Of a DNA stretch of 37,031 nucleotides, positions 1 to 8,183 are shown piece after piece. The notes below the pieces were generated by a model that did not search any database, was not told where the DNA came from, and saw only the letters and a program-made list of their open reading frames with translations. Each line of letters begins with the position of its first letter. Within the stretch, counting starts at the first letter, position 1. The stretch is from a virus. Where the stretch lies: the UHGV virus genome UHGV-0204068; one strand, given 5' to 3'. The translations under genes and the position numbers were made by a program.

Positions 1-18
1 TTGAGTAAAGGAGTAAAA

Positions 19-339
19 ATGAGGATTTTAAGATTTATAGCAAATGGACAAATGCTTGAGCCTGATCCGGAATGTGATTTTACAGGTCTGGTGTCTGGAA
101 CAAGCGGATATTTGCACGCTGAATTTGATTTTAATAATGACTGGATAGGATGCCGAGTTGCGGCATCTTTTTTTAGCCTGGACAAAGAGTATCCAGCAAT
201 CGTGGAGAATTGTAGATGCGAGATTCCAGCAGAAGCACTATCCTTTAGAGACTTTTATGTGCAGCTTACAGGAATCCGGGATGGATACAAGATAACAACA
301 AACAGGCAGATTGTAAGGCAAAGGAGACCGGGCGAATGA
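19..339 (+). CDS. hypothetical tail-associated protein (ORF open from window edge; first ATG at 19)
   Basis: The ORF runs from base 1 and has AAAGGAG at 8-14 ahead of the ATG at 19. Its stop overlaps the next start (ATGA at 336-339), so it is translationally coupled to the downstream fiber gene. No recognisable motif. If the genome is circular it follows the Tal gene at the right end. Confidence 0.4.
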   Translation: MRILRFIANGQMLEPDPECDFTGLVSGTSGYLHAEFDFNNDWIGCRVAASFFSLDKEYPAIVENCRCEIPAEALSFRDFYVQLTGIRDGYKITTNRQIVRQRRPGE

Positions 340-2528
340 CGGAAGCAGAAAAGTTATTACAGGAGACAAAGAGCGCGGTAGTTGTGGCAGAGTCGCAGAC
401 AGAAGATATCTGTGTGATTGACTCCGACCTGAGAATTATCGGCATACCAGAGCAATTTAAAGTTCTGGGTGTCGAAAACGATAAAGATGTAAAAGTGATG
501 CAGTTTCGGATTCCGAAAGTTTATAAAGGTACAGACTTATCTGCCTTTAATATTTCTGTAAATTACCAAAATGCCAGAGGAACAAAAGGTCGGTATGTTG
601 TTACGGATAAAAGAGTATCAGGCGATCAGATTGAGTTTTCGTGGACTGTCGGTAGTACAGCTGTTAAGTACAAGGGTGATACAAAATTTATCGTTTGCAT
701 GAGGTTGACTGACTCTGACGGTGTAATCAAAAAAGAATTTAATACCACACTTGCTACAATGACCATACTGGAAGGTCTGGAAGTAGACAATCCAGTAATC
801 GAACAGGAAGAAAAAGACATTATCGCACAGCTGTTGCAGATCGTGGATGACAAATCCAAAGAAGCAGTACAGGCAGTCGCAGAAGAGGGGACAAAGCAGA
901 TCAAAGCTGTGCAGGATGCGGCACAGGAAGTCATTGCAGACAGAGAGCAGATTAAGACCAACAAGGCAGATATCGCAGATTTAAGGCAGACAAAGGCGGG
1001 AGCGATTATCAACAGTGCTAAAGGGGAGCGTATCGCTGTCGGAGATTCGGCAGACGCGTTTTTTGAGGGATTGAAGCTGCATGGAAAGAGCGAACAGGTT
1101 ACAACTACTGGAGCGCAGATGTTTAACAAAGAGAATGTCGTAGCAGGTATTTTGGAAAATGATGGAAGCATTGCACAAGGCTCCGACCTCTATACGAGCG
1201 ATTATATCGCTGTAGAGCCTAATACAAAATACAGTTGTACGGCAACTGGGTCGAGTAGACTTAAATTTTACAACGTAGATAAACAGCCTATCCAAACGGA
1301 TAATTTTAGCGATGCAAATGTCGAGAGAGCCGGTGTTTTTGAAACTGGGGAAACGACAAAATATGTTAGATTTACCGTAATGGGCAAATATATTAATACG
1401 GTAATGTTTAATTTTGGGGAAAAATCTTTACCTCACGAACCATACACAGGCGGTAAACCAAGTCCAAGCCAAGAATATCAGCAAGAGTTTAAAAGCTGTG
1501 GAGAAAGCGGGAAAATTGGAATTGAAGTGTTAAGAAAAAATTTATGCAAAGTCACTTCGGTGTTAAATGCAAGCTTTGATGAAAACACAGGAACTCTAGT
1601 CAATAACGCTAAAAACAACACTGTCAAATCTTATGTAAAAATACAAAACTACAAAGGAGATAAGTTTTTGACAGAAATTCCTGTGAGCAATACCGGAAAG
1701 ACGGAGAAAATATTTTCCATTAACGGTACTTTTGATAGAATCCGATTAGCTTTCGCTGGCGATAGATCGGAAGGAAGTATTAGTATAGATGTTTCTTTTC
1801 TGAATTACGGTGAATACGCACTCAGTATGGATATAGAAGAGATTGGAACGAATGAAGGAAGAATTTCGAAAATCATGTTGTTAAATAAAGGGGAGTCCGA
1901 TGAGATTTTTGAACCATTTCAATACCAACAAGCTTCGTTCTCCACCCCAAACGGTTTACCCGGTATTAAAGTAAATTCTGGCGGTAATTACACAGATTCT
2001 AACGGTCAACAGTGGGTTTGTGATGAGATGGATTTCAAGCGCGAGAAGTACGTGCAGAGAGGGTTTAAAAAAATCGTTTTAAATGGGACTGAAAATTGGT
2101 CTTATAACTCTGGAAATAAAACATTTACAGTAACAGGAACCCAGTTGTTTCCTGATATCCTTAATAAAAAGGGATTTTGCACACATTTCAGATTGTCAGA
2201 AAATAAACTCGAAAGTTTGAATAATGACGAAATATACGCAATTTATACTTCACAGCTATATTTAAGATGCGATAAATTCGCAGGAAATATAGAAGAATTC
2301 AAAAATTGGCTTTCCTCGAATGCTGTATCGATCATTTATCTGCCAGAAAAACGGGAAACGATCGAAACTGACATCCCAGAAGAGACCATGACCGCCTACC
2401 GAAAACTCTACACCAACTACCCATCTACAGTCATGCAGAATGACTCTGGAGCTGGTATGGAAGTGGAGTATGTAGCGGATACAAAGCAATTTATCTTGGA
2501 CCAGATAAAAGCCATTGCGCAGTCTTAA
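336..2528 (+). CDS. tail fiber / receptor-binding protein (730 aa) with coiled-coil stalk and C-terminal beta-rich domains
   Basis: RBS AAGGAGA lies 8 nt upstream. The protein has a conserved N-terminal part, a long A/Q/E-rich heptad coiled coil (aa ~150-230), and Gly/Asn/Thr-rich distal domains. It sits immediately upstream of the lysis cassette, as phage RBP/fiber genes do. Confidence 0.55.
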   Translation: MTEAEKLLQETKSAVVVAESQTEDICVIDSDLRIIGIPEQFKVLGVENDKDVKVMQFRIPKVYKGTDLSAFNISVNYQNARGTKGRYVVTDKRVSGDQIEFSWTVGSTAVKYKGDTKFIVCMRLTDSDGVIKKEFNTTLATMTILEGLEVDNPVIEQEEKDIIAQLLQIVDDKSKEAVQAVAEEGTKQIKAVQDAAQEVIADREQIKTNKADIADLRQTKAGAIINSAKGERIAVGDSADAFFEGLKLHGKSEQVTTTGAQMFNKENVVAGILENDGSIAQGSDLYTSDYIAVEPNTKYSCTATGSSRLKFYNVDKQPIQTDNFSDANVERAGVFETGETTKYVRFTVMGKYINTVMFNFGEKSLPHEPYTGGKPSPSQEYQQEFKSCGESGKIGIEVLRKNLCKVTSVLNASFDENTGTLVNNAKNNTVKSYVKIQNYKGDKFLTEIPVSNTGKTEKIFSINGTFDRIRLAFAGDRSEGSISIDVSFLNYGEYALSMDIEEIGTNEGRISKIMLLNKGESDEIFEPFQYQQASFSTPNGLPGIKVNSGGNYTDSNGQQWVCDEMDFKREKYVQRGFKKIVLNGTENWSYNSGNKTFTVTGTQLFPDILNKKGFCTHFRLSENKLESLNNDEIYAIYTSQLYLRCDKFAGNIEEFKNWLSSNAVSIIYLPEKRETIETDIPEETMTAYRKLYTNYPSTVMQNDSGAGMEVEYVADTKQFILDQIKAIAQS

Positions 2529-2558
2529 AGATTGGAGATAGGATATGGAGATTAGAGC

Positions 2559-2584
2559 AAGACCGCACAGGTCTTATTTTTATA
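2559..2584 (+). terminator. rho-independent terminator after the fiber gene
   Basis: Stem AAGACC/GGTCTT (2559-2564 with 2570-2575), loop GCAC, then ATTTTTATATTTT. Confidence 0.5.
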
Positions 2585-2607
2585 TTTTAAAATAAATGGA
2601 GGCAGAA

Positions 2608-2889
2608 ATGACAGATAATGAAGTAGAGGTAAGACTAGCTGAACATGGGAAAGAAATTGGATCCCTTAAGCATAGAATGGAAAATGTAGAAGACGTTGTT
2701 GACGTTGTCCATCAGCTGGCGCAGGAAATGGTTGGCCTAACCAAAGAGGTTGGTTTCATGAACCAGACTCTTGTGCAGTTGACGGCAAAGGTCACGCATC
2801 TGGAGCAGACACCAGCTAAACGGTGGGATGTAGTAGTGACCGCACTGATCGGAGCGGTGATTGGTGGAGTAGTAGCAATGTATTTGTAA
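2608..2889 (+). CDS. xhlA: XhlA-like phage lysis-associated membrane protein
   Basis: Small protein with an N-terminal coiled coil and a single C-terminal TM helix (WDVVVTALIGAVIGGVVAMYL), sitting directly upstream of the holin as in PBSX xhlA-xhlB-xlyA. Start taken at the ATG at 2608 (GGAGG 5 nt upstream); an alternative in-frame ATG lies at 2596. Confidence 0.55.
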   Translation: MTDNEVEVRLAEHGKEIGSLKHRMENVEDVVDVVHQLAQEMVGLTKEVGFMNQTLVQLTAKVTHLEQTPAKRWDVVVTALIGAVIGGVVAMYL

Positions 2890-2902
2890 AGGAGAATGGA
2901 AC

Positions 2903-3151
2903 ATGAAGAAGATTAACTGGATTGTACGAATTAAAAACAAGGCATTCTGGGTGGCACTGATTCCGGCACTCTTACTGTTGGTACAGGCGGTATGCTCAGT
3001 GTTTGGGTTTACAATTGATCTCGGAGATTTAGGAGATAAGTTGCTAACCGTAGTTAATGCACTCTTTGCAGTGTTGGCAATCCTCGGTGTAGTGGTAGAC
3101 CCAACAACACCGGGAACAGGAGACTCGGAGAGGGCACTTACATACAAGTAG
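2903..3151 (+). CDS. holin (phi LC3 / INWxVRxKNK...DPTTxGxxDS family)
   Basis: 82 aa with two TM helices, an N-terminal MKKINWIVRIKNKAFW motif and a C-terminal VVDPTTPGTGDSERALTY tail typical of this holin family. RBS AAGGAGAA. Lies between the XhlA-like gene and the amidase. Confidence 0.7.
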   Translation: MKKINWIVRIKNKAFWVALIPALLLLVQAVCSVFGFTIDLGDLGDKLLTVVNALFAVLAILGVVVDPTTPGTGDSERALTYK

Positions 3152-3157
3152 ATAGTT

Positions 3158-3187
3158 AGAGGGTCTGGAAACAGGCTCTCTTTTATT
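3158..3187 (+). terminator. stem-loop plus U-run between holin and endolysin
   Basis: GAGGGTCTG-GAAA-CAGGCTCTC forms 9 bp including two G-U pairs in RNA, followed by TTTTATT. Confidence 0.45.
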
Positions 3188-3207
3188 GCGTGACAGGAGG
3201 TGAGAAC

Positions 3208-3297
3208 ATGAGCGAACAGAACGAATTTAGAAGAGTATCCGCAGAGGAACTGGAAAAAGTATTTGAAGTAGAAGAGCAGGAGGAAGAGAAAGAATGA
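3208..3297 (+). CDS. small acidic ORF (29 aa, MSEQNEFRRVSAEELEKVFEVEEQEEEKE) overlapping the endolysin start
   Basis: Strong RBS AGGAGGTGA 5 nt upstream of the ATG. The stop overlaps the endolysin ATG (ATGA), so it may be a coupling uORF. Below the ORF-track length cutoff. Confidence 0.3.
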   Translation: MSEQNEFRRVSAEELEKVFEVEEQEEEKE

Positions 3298-4031
3298 GTA
3301 TCTGTAGAGGGGTTGCTGGTAGGAGAGGGAAGAATCCTATCGGTATTTTTATCCATAATGGAGCAGACGGACAGAATGCAACGTCGTATTATTACAGAAA
3401 CTACTTACAGAGAGCGAACTTAGAGAATGGGTTTGCACATTATTACGTGTGTAGTGACGGAATCTTACAAGCGGAAGATGACGAGAATTGTGCTTGGCAC
3501 TGCGGATATTTAAATGGAAATCTCAATTTTCTAAGTATCGAGGTTTGCCAGAGCATGGGCAATTTAGACACATTTAAAGCAAACGAGGAAAAAGCGCTAC
3601 AGTTAGCAGCACAGAAATGCAAGCAATACGGAATCGCGCCAAGCGAAAGCACAATCATGTTGCATCAGGAGGTATTCGCAACCGCTTGTCCGCATAGGTC
3701 CGTAGAGATTCACGGAGGCGCAGCACAGACAAAAGTCTATTTTATTAACCGTATCAAGGAGCTTATGAGCGGAAGCCAAAGCGCAACAGTAGATCAGGAA
3801 GGAGTAGAAGATATGCAGTGTATGTTTACAGTAGAAGGAAAAGGATGTGTTTATTGGATGCATGATGGAGTGGTTACAGCTTTGGGACATCCAGACGAGT
3901 TAAAAATCATTCAGCAAATTTACAAGGATAACTTTGGGCATAATATGCCATGCTACAGTTGGAATTCAAAAGCGCCATGGCATGTGAGACTAATGAACCC
4001 ATTGTATCGTGAACCAGTTAAATCTATTTAA
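3294..4031 (+). CDS. endolysin, N-acetylmuramoyl-L-alanine amidase (Amidase_2/PGRP catalytic domain plus C-terminal wall-binding domain)
   Basis: Motifs IGIFIHNGAD, AWHCG, LSIEVCQ and HQEVFATACPHRS match the Amidase_2 zinc-amidase signature. It is the last gene of the lysis cassette. Confidence 0.85.
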   Translation: MSICRGVAGRRGKNPIGIFIHNGADGQNATSYYYRNYLQRANLENGFAHYYVCSDGILQAEDDENCAWHCGYLNGNLNFLSIEVCQSMGNLDTFKANEEKALQLAAQKCKQYGIAPSESTIMLHQEVFATACPHRSVEIHGGAAQTKVYFINRIKELMSGSQSATVDQEGVEDMQCMFTVEGKGCVYWMHDGVVTALGHPDELKIIQQIYKDNFGHNMPCYSWNSKAPWHVRLMNPLYREPVKSI

Positions 4032-4032
4032 T

Positions 4033-4065
4033 AAAAACCCCCTCGGATATCAGCTCTCTGAGGGG
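4033..4065. terminator. bidirectional-looking hairpin terminator between the endolysin and the antisense module
   Basis: CCCCTC (4039-4044) pairs with GAGGGG (4060-4065) around a 15-nt loop, flanked by AAAAA on the + strand (UUUUU on the - strand). It would stop minus-strand readthrough from the 4246-5373 operon. Confidence 0.4.
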
Positions 4066-4072
4066 AATTAAA

Positions 4073-4091
4073 TCTAGATAAATTATCTAGA
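4073..4091. repeat. perfect 19-bp palindrome TCTAGATAA-A-TTATCTAGA
   Basis: Seen directly in the sequence. It is intergenic, between the lysis module and the antisense accessory operon. Confidence 0.6.
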
Positions 4092-4245
4092 CGTGTTTAC
4101 ATGCATAGAAAAATGTGGTATTGTAAATATGTCCAATACAGATGATGCTCTATATTGCGGAAACTGAGCAAATCACAGTTTCACGGATTGAAATATTAAC
4201 AGTAGCTTTAAAGCAAGAGATAATGGCGAGATTAATGCTCGCCTT

Positions 4246-4689
4246 TTATCTTGCATTTTTTCCTGCGCTATAGCATTCATAAAATCTGTCTACGAGATTC
4301 GCGAGATCTTCTGGCGTCAATTTGTCAAACAGTTCTTCCGGTATCCATTTGTAATTTTCGTAAAATGTACTTTCAAAATTTCCAATTTTGCTGAGTTTTT
4401 TGATTTTCTGGTATTTGTCCATTCTTAAAAGATCATGTAAGTCCATTTTTCCGTCTTTTATAGACTGTCTCACTTCTGCACTAAAAATATTCAAGTTTAA
4501 TGCAAGCATTTCCTCGACGCTGCATCCGAGTGCGCCAGATAAAGCCTGCGCATTTTTTGCTGTGATATTATTAGTGTCAATTTCGCCTTTTTCAATTTTC
4601 TGTATCTGACGGATGTTGATTCCGGTTTTCTCTGCCAATTCTCTTTGAGTAAGGCACATGAATTTCCTAAGTTCTTTTAGCTCTGCCAT
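4246..4689 (-). CDS. XRE-family HTH transcriptional regulator with ~80-aa C-terminal domain of unknown function
   Basis: N-terminal LTQRELAEKTGINIRQIQKIEKGE is a classic XRE helix-turn-helix. RBS GGAG 7 nt upstream. It is the last gene of a three-gene minus-strand operon. Confidence 0.7.
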   Translation of the reverse strand: MAELKELRKFMCLTQRELAEKTGINIRQIQKIEKGEIDTNNITAKNAQALSGALGCSVEEMLALNLNIFSAEVRQSIKDGKMDLHDLLRMDKYQKIKKLSKIGNFESTFYENYKWIPEELFDKLTPEDLANLVDRFYECYSAGKNAR

Positions 4690-4735
4690 GTTATTTCTCC
4701 ATTCCCCCCGTCATGCCGTTAGGTCAGCAATTCAA

Positions 4736-4924
4736 TTAGATGTGTCTTACAATTATATTTTTTTCAGTTACTGCGAGGTCATCAATATTTGTTACTTCGA
4801 TGATTTCGTACTCGGAGTAATCTTCCCAACCTAAAGTCAATTCGTTTCCGCTTTCATCAAAAAAGTTTGCAGGTCTCATTTCATCAAAAAAAGTTCTTTC
4901 CATATAATTTTTTAAGTTTTCCAT
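4736..4924 (-). CDS. small acidic hypothetical protein (62 aa)
   Basis: Start chosen at the internal ATG (MENLKNYMERTFF...), which is preceded by AAAGGAG. Net charge strongly negative, no known motif. Confidence 0.45.
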   Translation of the reverse strand: MENLKNYMERTFFDEMRPANFFDESGNELTLGWEDYSEYEIIEVTNIDDLAVTEKNIIVRHI

Positions 4925-4947
4925 TGTATTTTTCTCCTTTTTAATAA

Positions 4948-5373
4948 TTATTTGCCGTAAACTTCGCTTAAGATTTTGTTGCACATTGTGTTATATCCGT
5001 GTTTAACATTAAACATAAGGTTCTGGTAATATTTCTGATAAGTTGTTTCGTTGATTCCTTTCAGCAGATCAATCACAAGTCCTGCATCGGATTCGGAGAT
5101 AATTCTGTTGTATCCATCCTTGCAAGATTCCCACATGCTCACGTTTTCCGGGAACTGTGCTTTGCAATCTGCAATCAGAGCATCAAACTGCTTGTTCATT
5201 TTTTCGATCAGATCGTTTGCGAAGTTGATCTGTTTCTCTGTTCCTGTCATTTTCGTCACACCTTTCTTTGCTTCATTCCATGCTTTTTTTAAAGCTTCGG
5301 AGATTCCGAAACCTGCTTTTTTAACCATTTCCCATGCTCTTTTCATGATTTTTGATAAGTTGTATTTTCTCAT
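4948..5373 (-). CDS. hypothetical alpha-helical protein (141 aa)
   Basis: RBS AAAGGAGA. First gene of the antisense operon. Contains a repeated AW-containing helical motif (KRAWEMVKKAG / LKKAWNEAKKG). No recognisable family. Confidence 0.5.
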   Translation of the reverse strand: MRKYNLSKIMKRAWEMVKKAGFGISEALKKAWNEAKKGVTKMTGTEKQINFANDLIEKMNKQFDALIADCKAQFPENVSMWESCKDGYNRIISESDAGLVIDLLKGINETTYQKYYQNLMFNVKHGYNTMCNKILSEVYGK

Positions 5374-5410
5374 TTTCGTTATCTCCTTTGCTTTATCTTA
5401 TGGTCTTATT

Positions 5411-5430
5411 TTACGCCAATATTGGCGTAA
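5411..5430. promoter_or_regulatory. perfect 20-bp palindrome TTACGCCAATATTGGCGTAA upstream of the antisense operon
   Basis: Lies ~40 bp upstream of the 4948-5373 start. Candidate operator for the XRE regulator of the same operon. Confidence 0.45.
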
Positions 5431-5510
5431 AGTCAATAGCAAAATGAAAACTTTTTAAAATATTTTTCTGGTAGACCGCAGTTTTTGGTGTAAATATTGT
5501 ATCATTTGCT

Positions 5511-5556
5511 TTGTACTAATTATACTGCTCCAAATGGGGTTAAAAACTTAGTACAA
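5511..5556. other. inverted repeat TTGTACTAA-28 nt-TTAGTACAA just downstream of the integrase 3' end (attP candidate)
   Basis: 9-bp perfect arms at 5511-5519 and 5548-5556, 7 bp from the integrase stop. The geometry (about 45 bp, imperfect dyad) is typical of large-serine-recombinase attP sites. Confidence 0.3.
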
Positions 5557-5562
5557 AACAGA

Positions 5563-6957
5563 TTATAAAAAATCTACAGCTTTAATCGTATTGTCATCAT
5601 TTAGGTAAATCTCCTGTATCGTGGATCTCCAAAAAGAACGCTTGTTTTCCTGAGACAGCGAATCATACATCTGGCGAAAGTCAGTTTTTAATAGTTCTTC
5701 TACATAATGCAGGTTTCTCGTCTCTTCTTCCTCTGGAAAAGCAGTAGAAGCGGAATGTTCTTCTTCCAATCTCTGGTACTCCTTATCGTAGTAATCGAAA
5801 GAAATTCTCCCCTTTTGAAATAGCAAATTTAATCGTTCCATTTCTTTTCTTAGTTTTTCTGGATCTTTTGCTTTCTTTTTCTTTTTTGATTTTTCGCTGA
5901 TCTGGTTGCTGCGGACTTTATACTTTTCGTATTCTCTTTCAAGATTTTCGAGCAGATATTTTTCGACAAGGTTCTGGCTTACCCTATGCCTATACGTGCA
6001 AATATGATCGATAAGCGCTCTGTTGCAACGGTAGTAGCAGTACGTCCTTTTTTCACGCGTTTTACGATTGATAATTGATGAGCATCCGGTACCAACTAAT
6101 TTCTGTCCGCACACAGGACAGCGCATCAAACCCGTAAATAGGTATACTCTACCAGACGGCGTGTTTTTAATATTTCTTTTCGATATAGTTTGCATCTCAT
6201 CCCATTCTTTTTCTGACAGATATGCCGGACAATAAGGGTATCCCCTGTACGTCCCTTTATAAAATTCGCTGGATAACATCGTCCGTAACATGCCATAACT
6301 AAAATCAATTCCATAGGTTTCCTGCATGTACCGGATAGCACCCTTCTTGGAGTTGTGATTTCTAAAATATTCAAAAAAATCTTCCACCATGTGTTTTGTC
6401 TCTGGGTCTTTAACCATGCATTTCTTTCCATCTACAATACCTGATTTATAACCAAAAGGCATATTTGCATCTCCAAATATTAGTTTCTTCTGCCGTATAG
6501 ATGCTTCATTCACAAATTTGATTCGCTCCGATGTAGTGTCTACTTCATTTTGCCCAATCGACAGCACTACATTTAACTGCAATCGCCCGTCTCTGGTCTC
6601 CATGTTTATTCCCGGCTCGGAAACCGAGATCCAACGCACTCCATGCTCATCAAGTACATCCTGGACCTTATAAAAATCTGACAGATTTCGAAACCATCTA
6701 TCTAATCTCCAGAATAGTATTACATCGATTCTATCCTTTTTCACATCCTCTATAAGGGCATGTATGGCTTTTCTTTTCTTCAATTCTTTTCTGGCAGTCT
6801 TTCCCTCATCCGCATAGACGCCTGCTATAGACATATTGTTGTCTGTTGCGTATTGCTCCAAGCATTCTTTCTGTGCTTGCAGAGACTTGCCATGTACGCT
6901 CTGCTCAAATGTGGAGACGCGGATATATATGGCACACCGCAGTATTTTTTCCGGCAT
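5563..6957 (-). CDS. int: large serine recombinase (phage integrase)
   Basis: N-terminal resolvase catalytic domain with YIRVSTFEQ (catalytic Ser), then a recombinase domain and a zinc ribbon (CPVCGQKL...CYYRCNR) with a coiled-coil C-terminus. Start taken at the ATG at 6957 with GGGAG 8 nt upstream. Confidence 0.9.
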   Translation of the reverse strand: MPEKILRCAIYIRVSTFEQSVHGKSLQAQKECLEQYATDNNMSIAGVYADEGKTARKELKKRKAIHALIEDVKKDRIDVILFWRLDRWFRNLSDFYKVQDVLDEHGVRWISVSEPGINMETRDGRLQLNVVLSIGQNEVDTTSERIKFVNEASIRQKKLIFGDANMPFGYKSGIVDGKKCMVKDPETKHMVEDFFEYFRNHNSKKGAIRYMQETYGIDFSYGMLRTMLSSEFYKGTYRGYPYCPAYLSEKEWDEMQTISKRNIKNTPSGRVYLFTGLMRCPVCGQKLVGTGCSSIINRKTREKRTYCYYRCNRALIDHICTYRHRVSQNLVEKYLLENLEREYEKYKVRSNQISEKSKKKKKAKDPEKLRKEMERLNLLFQKGRISFDYYDKEYQRLEEEHSASTAFPEEEETRNLHYVEELLKTDFRQMYDSLSQENKRSFWRSTIQEIYLNDDNTIKAVDFL

Positions 6958-7043
6958 TTGCATCACTCCCTCTGTAAATTATATTTAAAATAGGTACAAA
7001 AATAACAGCCAGCGCAAAACAAACGTTCTACTTGCAAGCTGTT

Positions 7044-7090
7044 TCCGAAGATGATACAATATTCTTGGATTTCAATCGCATATCTTCGGA
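7044..7090. other. inverted repeat TCCGAAGAT-29 nt-ATCTTCGGA upstream of the integrase (alternative attP candidate)
   Basis: 9-bp perfect arms at 7044-7052 and 7082-7090, in the 166-bp intergenic gap between the integrase 5' end and the lipoprotein gene. Confidence 0.3.
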
Positions 7091-7098
7091 TATGTAGA

Positions 7099-7135
7099 CC
7101 GTTCCTGTTGGCGCAGGGGCGGTTTTTTTATTTTA
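7099..7135 (+). terminator. rho-independent terminator (plus-strand orientation)
   Basis: CCGTTCCTG-TTGGCG-CAGGGGCGG forms a 9-bp RNA stem with two G-U pairs, followed by TTTTTTTATTTTATT. The same stem on the minus strand has two C-A mismatches, so it favours the + orientation. Confidence 0.5.
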
Positions 7136-7663
7136 TTGCACAGCTATTTTCTGCGTGTCTTTTTTGTTGTCAAACGATATCATATCAGACGCTTCAATCG
7201 TGAGTTCCGTGTCACTCTTTAATTTATACACCTGACACACTTCAACGGTTCCGCCTGGCTGTACTTCGTTCAAGGCATAGTTATTCATTGAGTCGTTCTG
7301 CTCTGCCATGATTCCTATTTCACACTCACTGCCATCTTGGAAACACTGCACGTTTGCTGTAATTCCAGCTGTTGCATTTTCATCAGAATTGTTCGTGAAT
7401 GTATAGTAATAGAGTAAGCACTTGTTTCCTTCGTAATCATTTGCAAACTCATGTCTCACATACTTTACATTAAATTTTTCAGCAGTAAAATCTATAATTC
7501 CGTCATCAACTGGCTGCGCTTCTTCTTTTGGCTCTTCTTTCTGGTCTGTTGTTGCTTCTGTCTTTGTTTCGGTGTCTTTGGATGGTTCAGCGTCTCCACC
7601 GCACGCTGTAATGGATAATGCCATAGCTCCTACTAATAACATTGCTACAATTTTCTTCTTCAT
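7133..7663 (-). CDS. secreted lipoprotein (DUF4352/DUF5067-like beta-sandwich), candidate superinfection-exclusion protein
   Basis: Signal peptide plus lipobox (AMALSITAC-GG). The mature domain resembles the prophage lipoprotein beta-sandwich families. It sits between the integrase and the repressor, where Ltp/Sie-type exclusion lipoproteins are found. Confidence 0.65.
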   Translation of the reverse strand: MKKKIVAMLLVGAMALSITACGGDAEPSKDTETKTEATTDQKEEPKEEAQPVDDGIIDFTAEKFNVKYVRHEFANDYEGNKCLLYYYTFTNNSDENATAGITANVQCFQDGSECEIGIMAEQNDSMNNYALNEVQPGGTVEVCQVYKLKSDTELTIEASDMISFDNKKDTQKIAVQ

Positions 7664-7813
7664 TTCTTCTTCCTCTCTTTCCTGTATGCCTTTACACCAC
7701 TTTACTCTATATAAACGCCGAAGCGGTTATACCATTTCCAAAATTTACCTGTAGTTTCCGTGCTTGGAATATACTACAATTAAAATATTATAATAATACT
7801 ACTCGATAAGATC

Positions 7814-7987
7814 ATGCTAAAGAAAAATCTATCCGTTAGGCAAGTCTCAATTGCGACCGGGATATCAAAATCCACGATCAATCGCATTGCGAACGGCGAA
7901 ATATCACCGACAGCTGACACGCTGGAATTACTTGCCAAAGGCTTAAAAGTCCGAATTTCTGACCTTATCGACTCTCCATATCAATAA
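7814..7987 (+). CDS. small XRE-family HTH protein (57 aa, MLKKNLSVRQVSIATGISKSTINRIANGEISPTADTLELLAKGLKVRISDLIDSPYQ)
   Basis: Below the ORF-track cutoff. Clear HTH_3 signature (VRQVSIATGISKSTINRI). RBS is weak. Confidence 0.45.
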   Translation: MLKKNLSVRQVSIATGISKSTINRIANGEISPTADTLELLAKGLKVRISDLIDSPYQ

Positions 7988-8183
7988 GTGTCCCAGATCT
8001 GGGACGATTGTCCATTTTTGCGTAAGTTTTCCCATTTTTGATTGTTTACTTAATATAAGGGTACATAAGTGCCATAAAATAAAAGAACAAATGTTCGAAC
8101 AAATATTGATTTTTCCAATCTGTGATAGTATTATATTACTAGGGATTTCGAACAAGTGTTTTTGCAGTTAGGGGGATCGCGAA

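Noticed and set aside
626-1295. Minus-strand ORFs 626-1171 and 981-1295 inside the tail fiber gene
   Set aside because: Antisense to a well-supported long gene, no RBS, low-complexity Ser/Cys-rich translations typical of reverse-frame artefacts.
1-4031. Interpretation as a second, tandem prophage (tail fiber plus lysis cassette of another phage)
   Set aside because: Every module occurs once and the end-to-start gene junction is seamless, so circular permutation of one genome is more economical. Cannot be fully excluded without flanking sequence.
6760-6993. Plus-strand ORF overlapping the integrase 5' end
   Set aside because: Antisense to the integrase gene, no RBS, Cys/Leu-rich artefactual translation.
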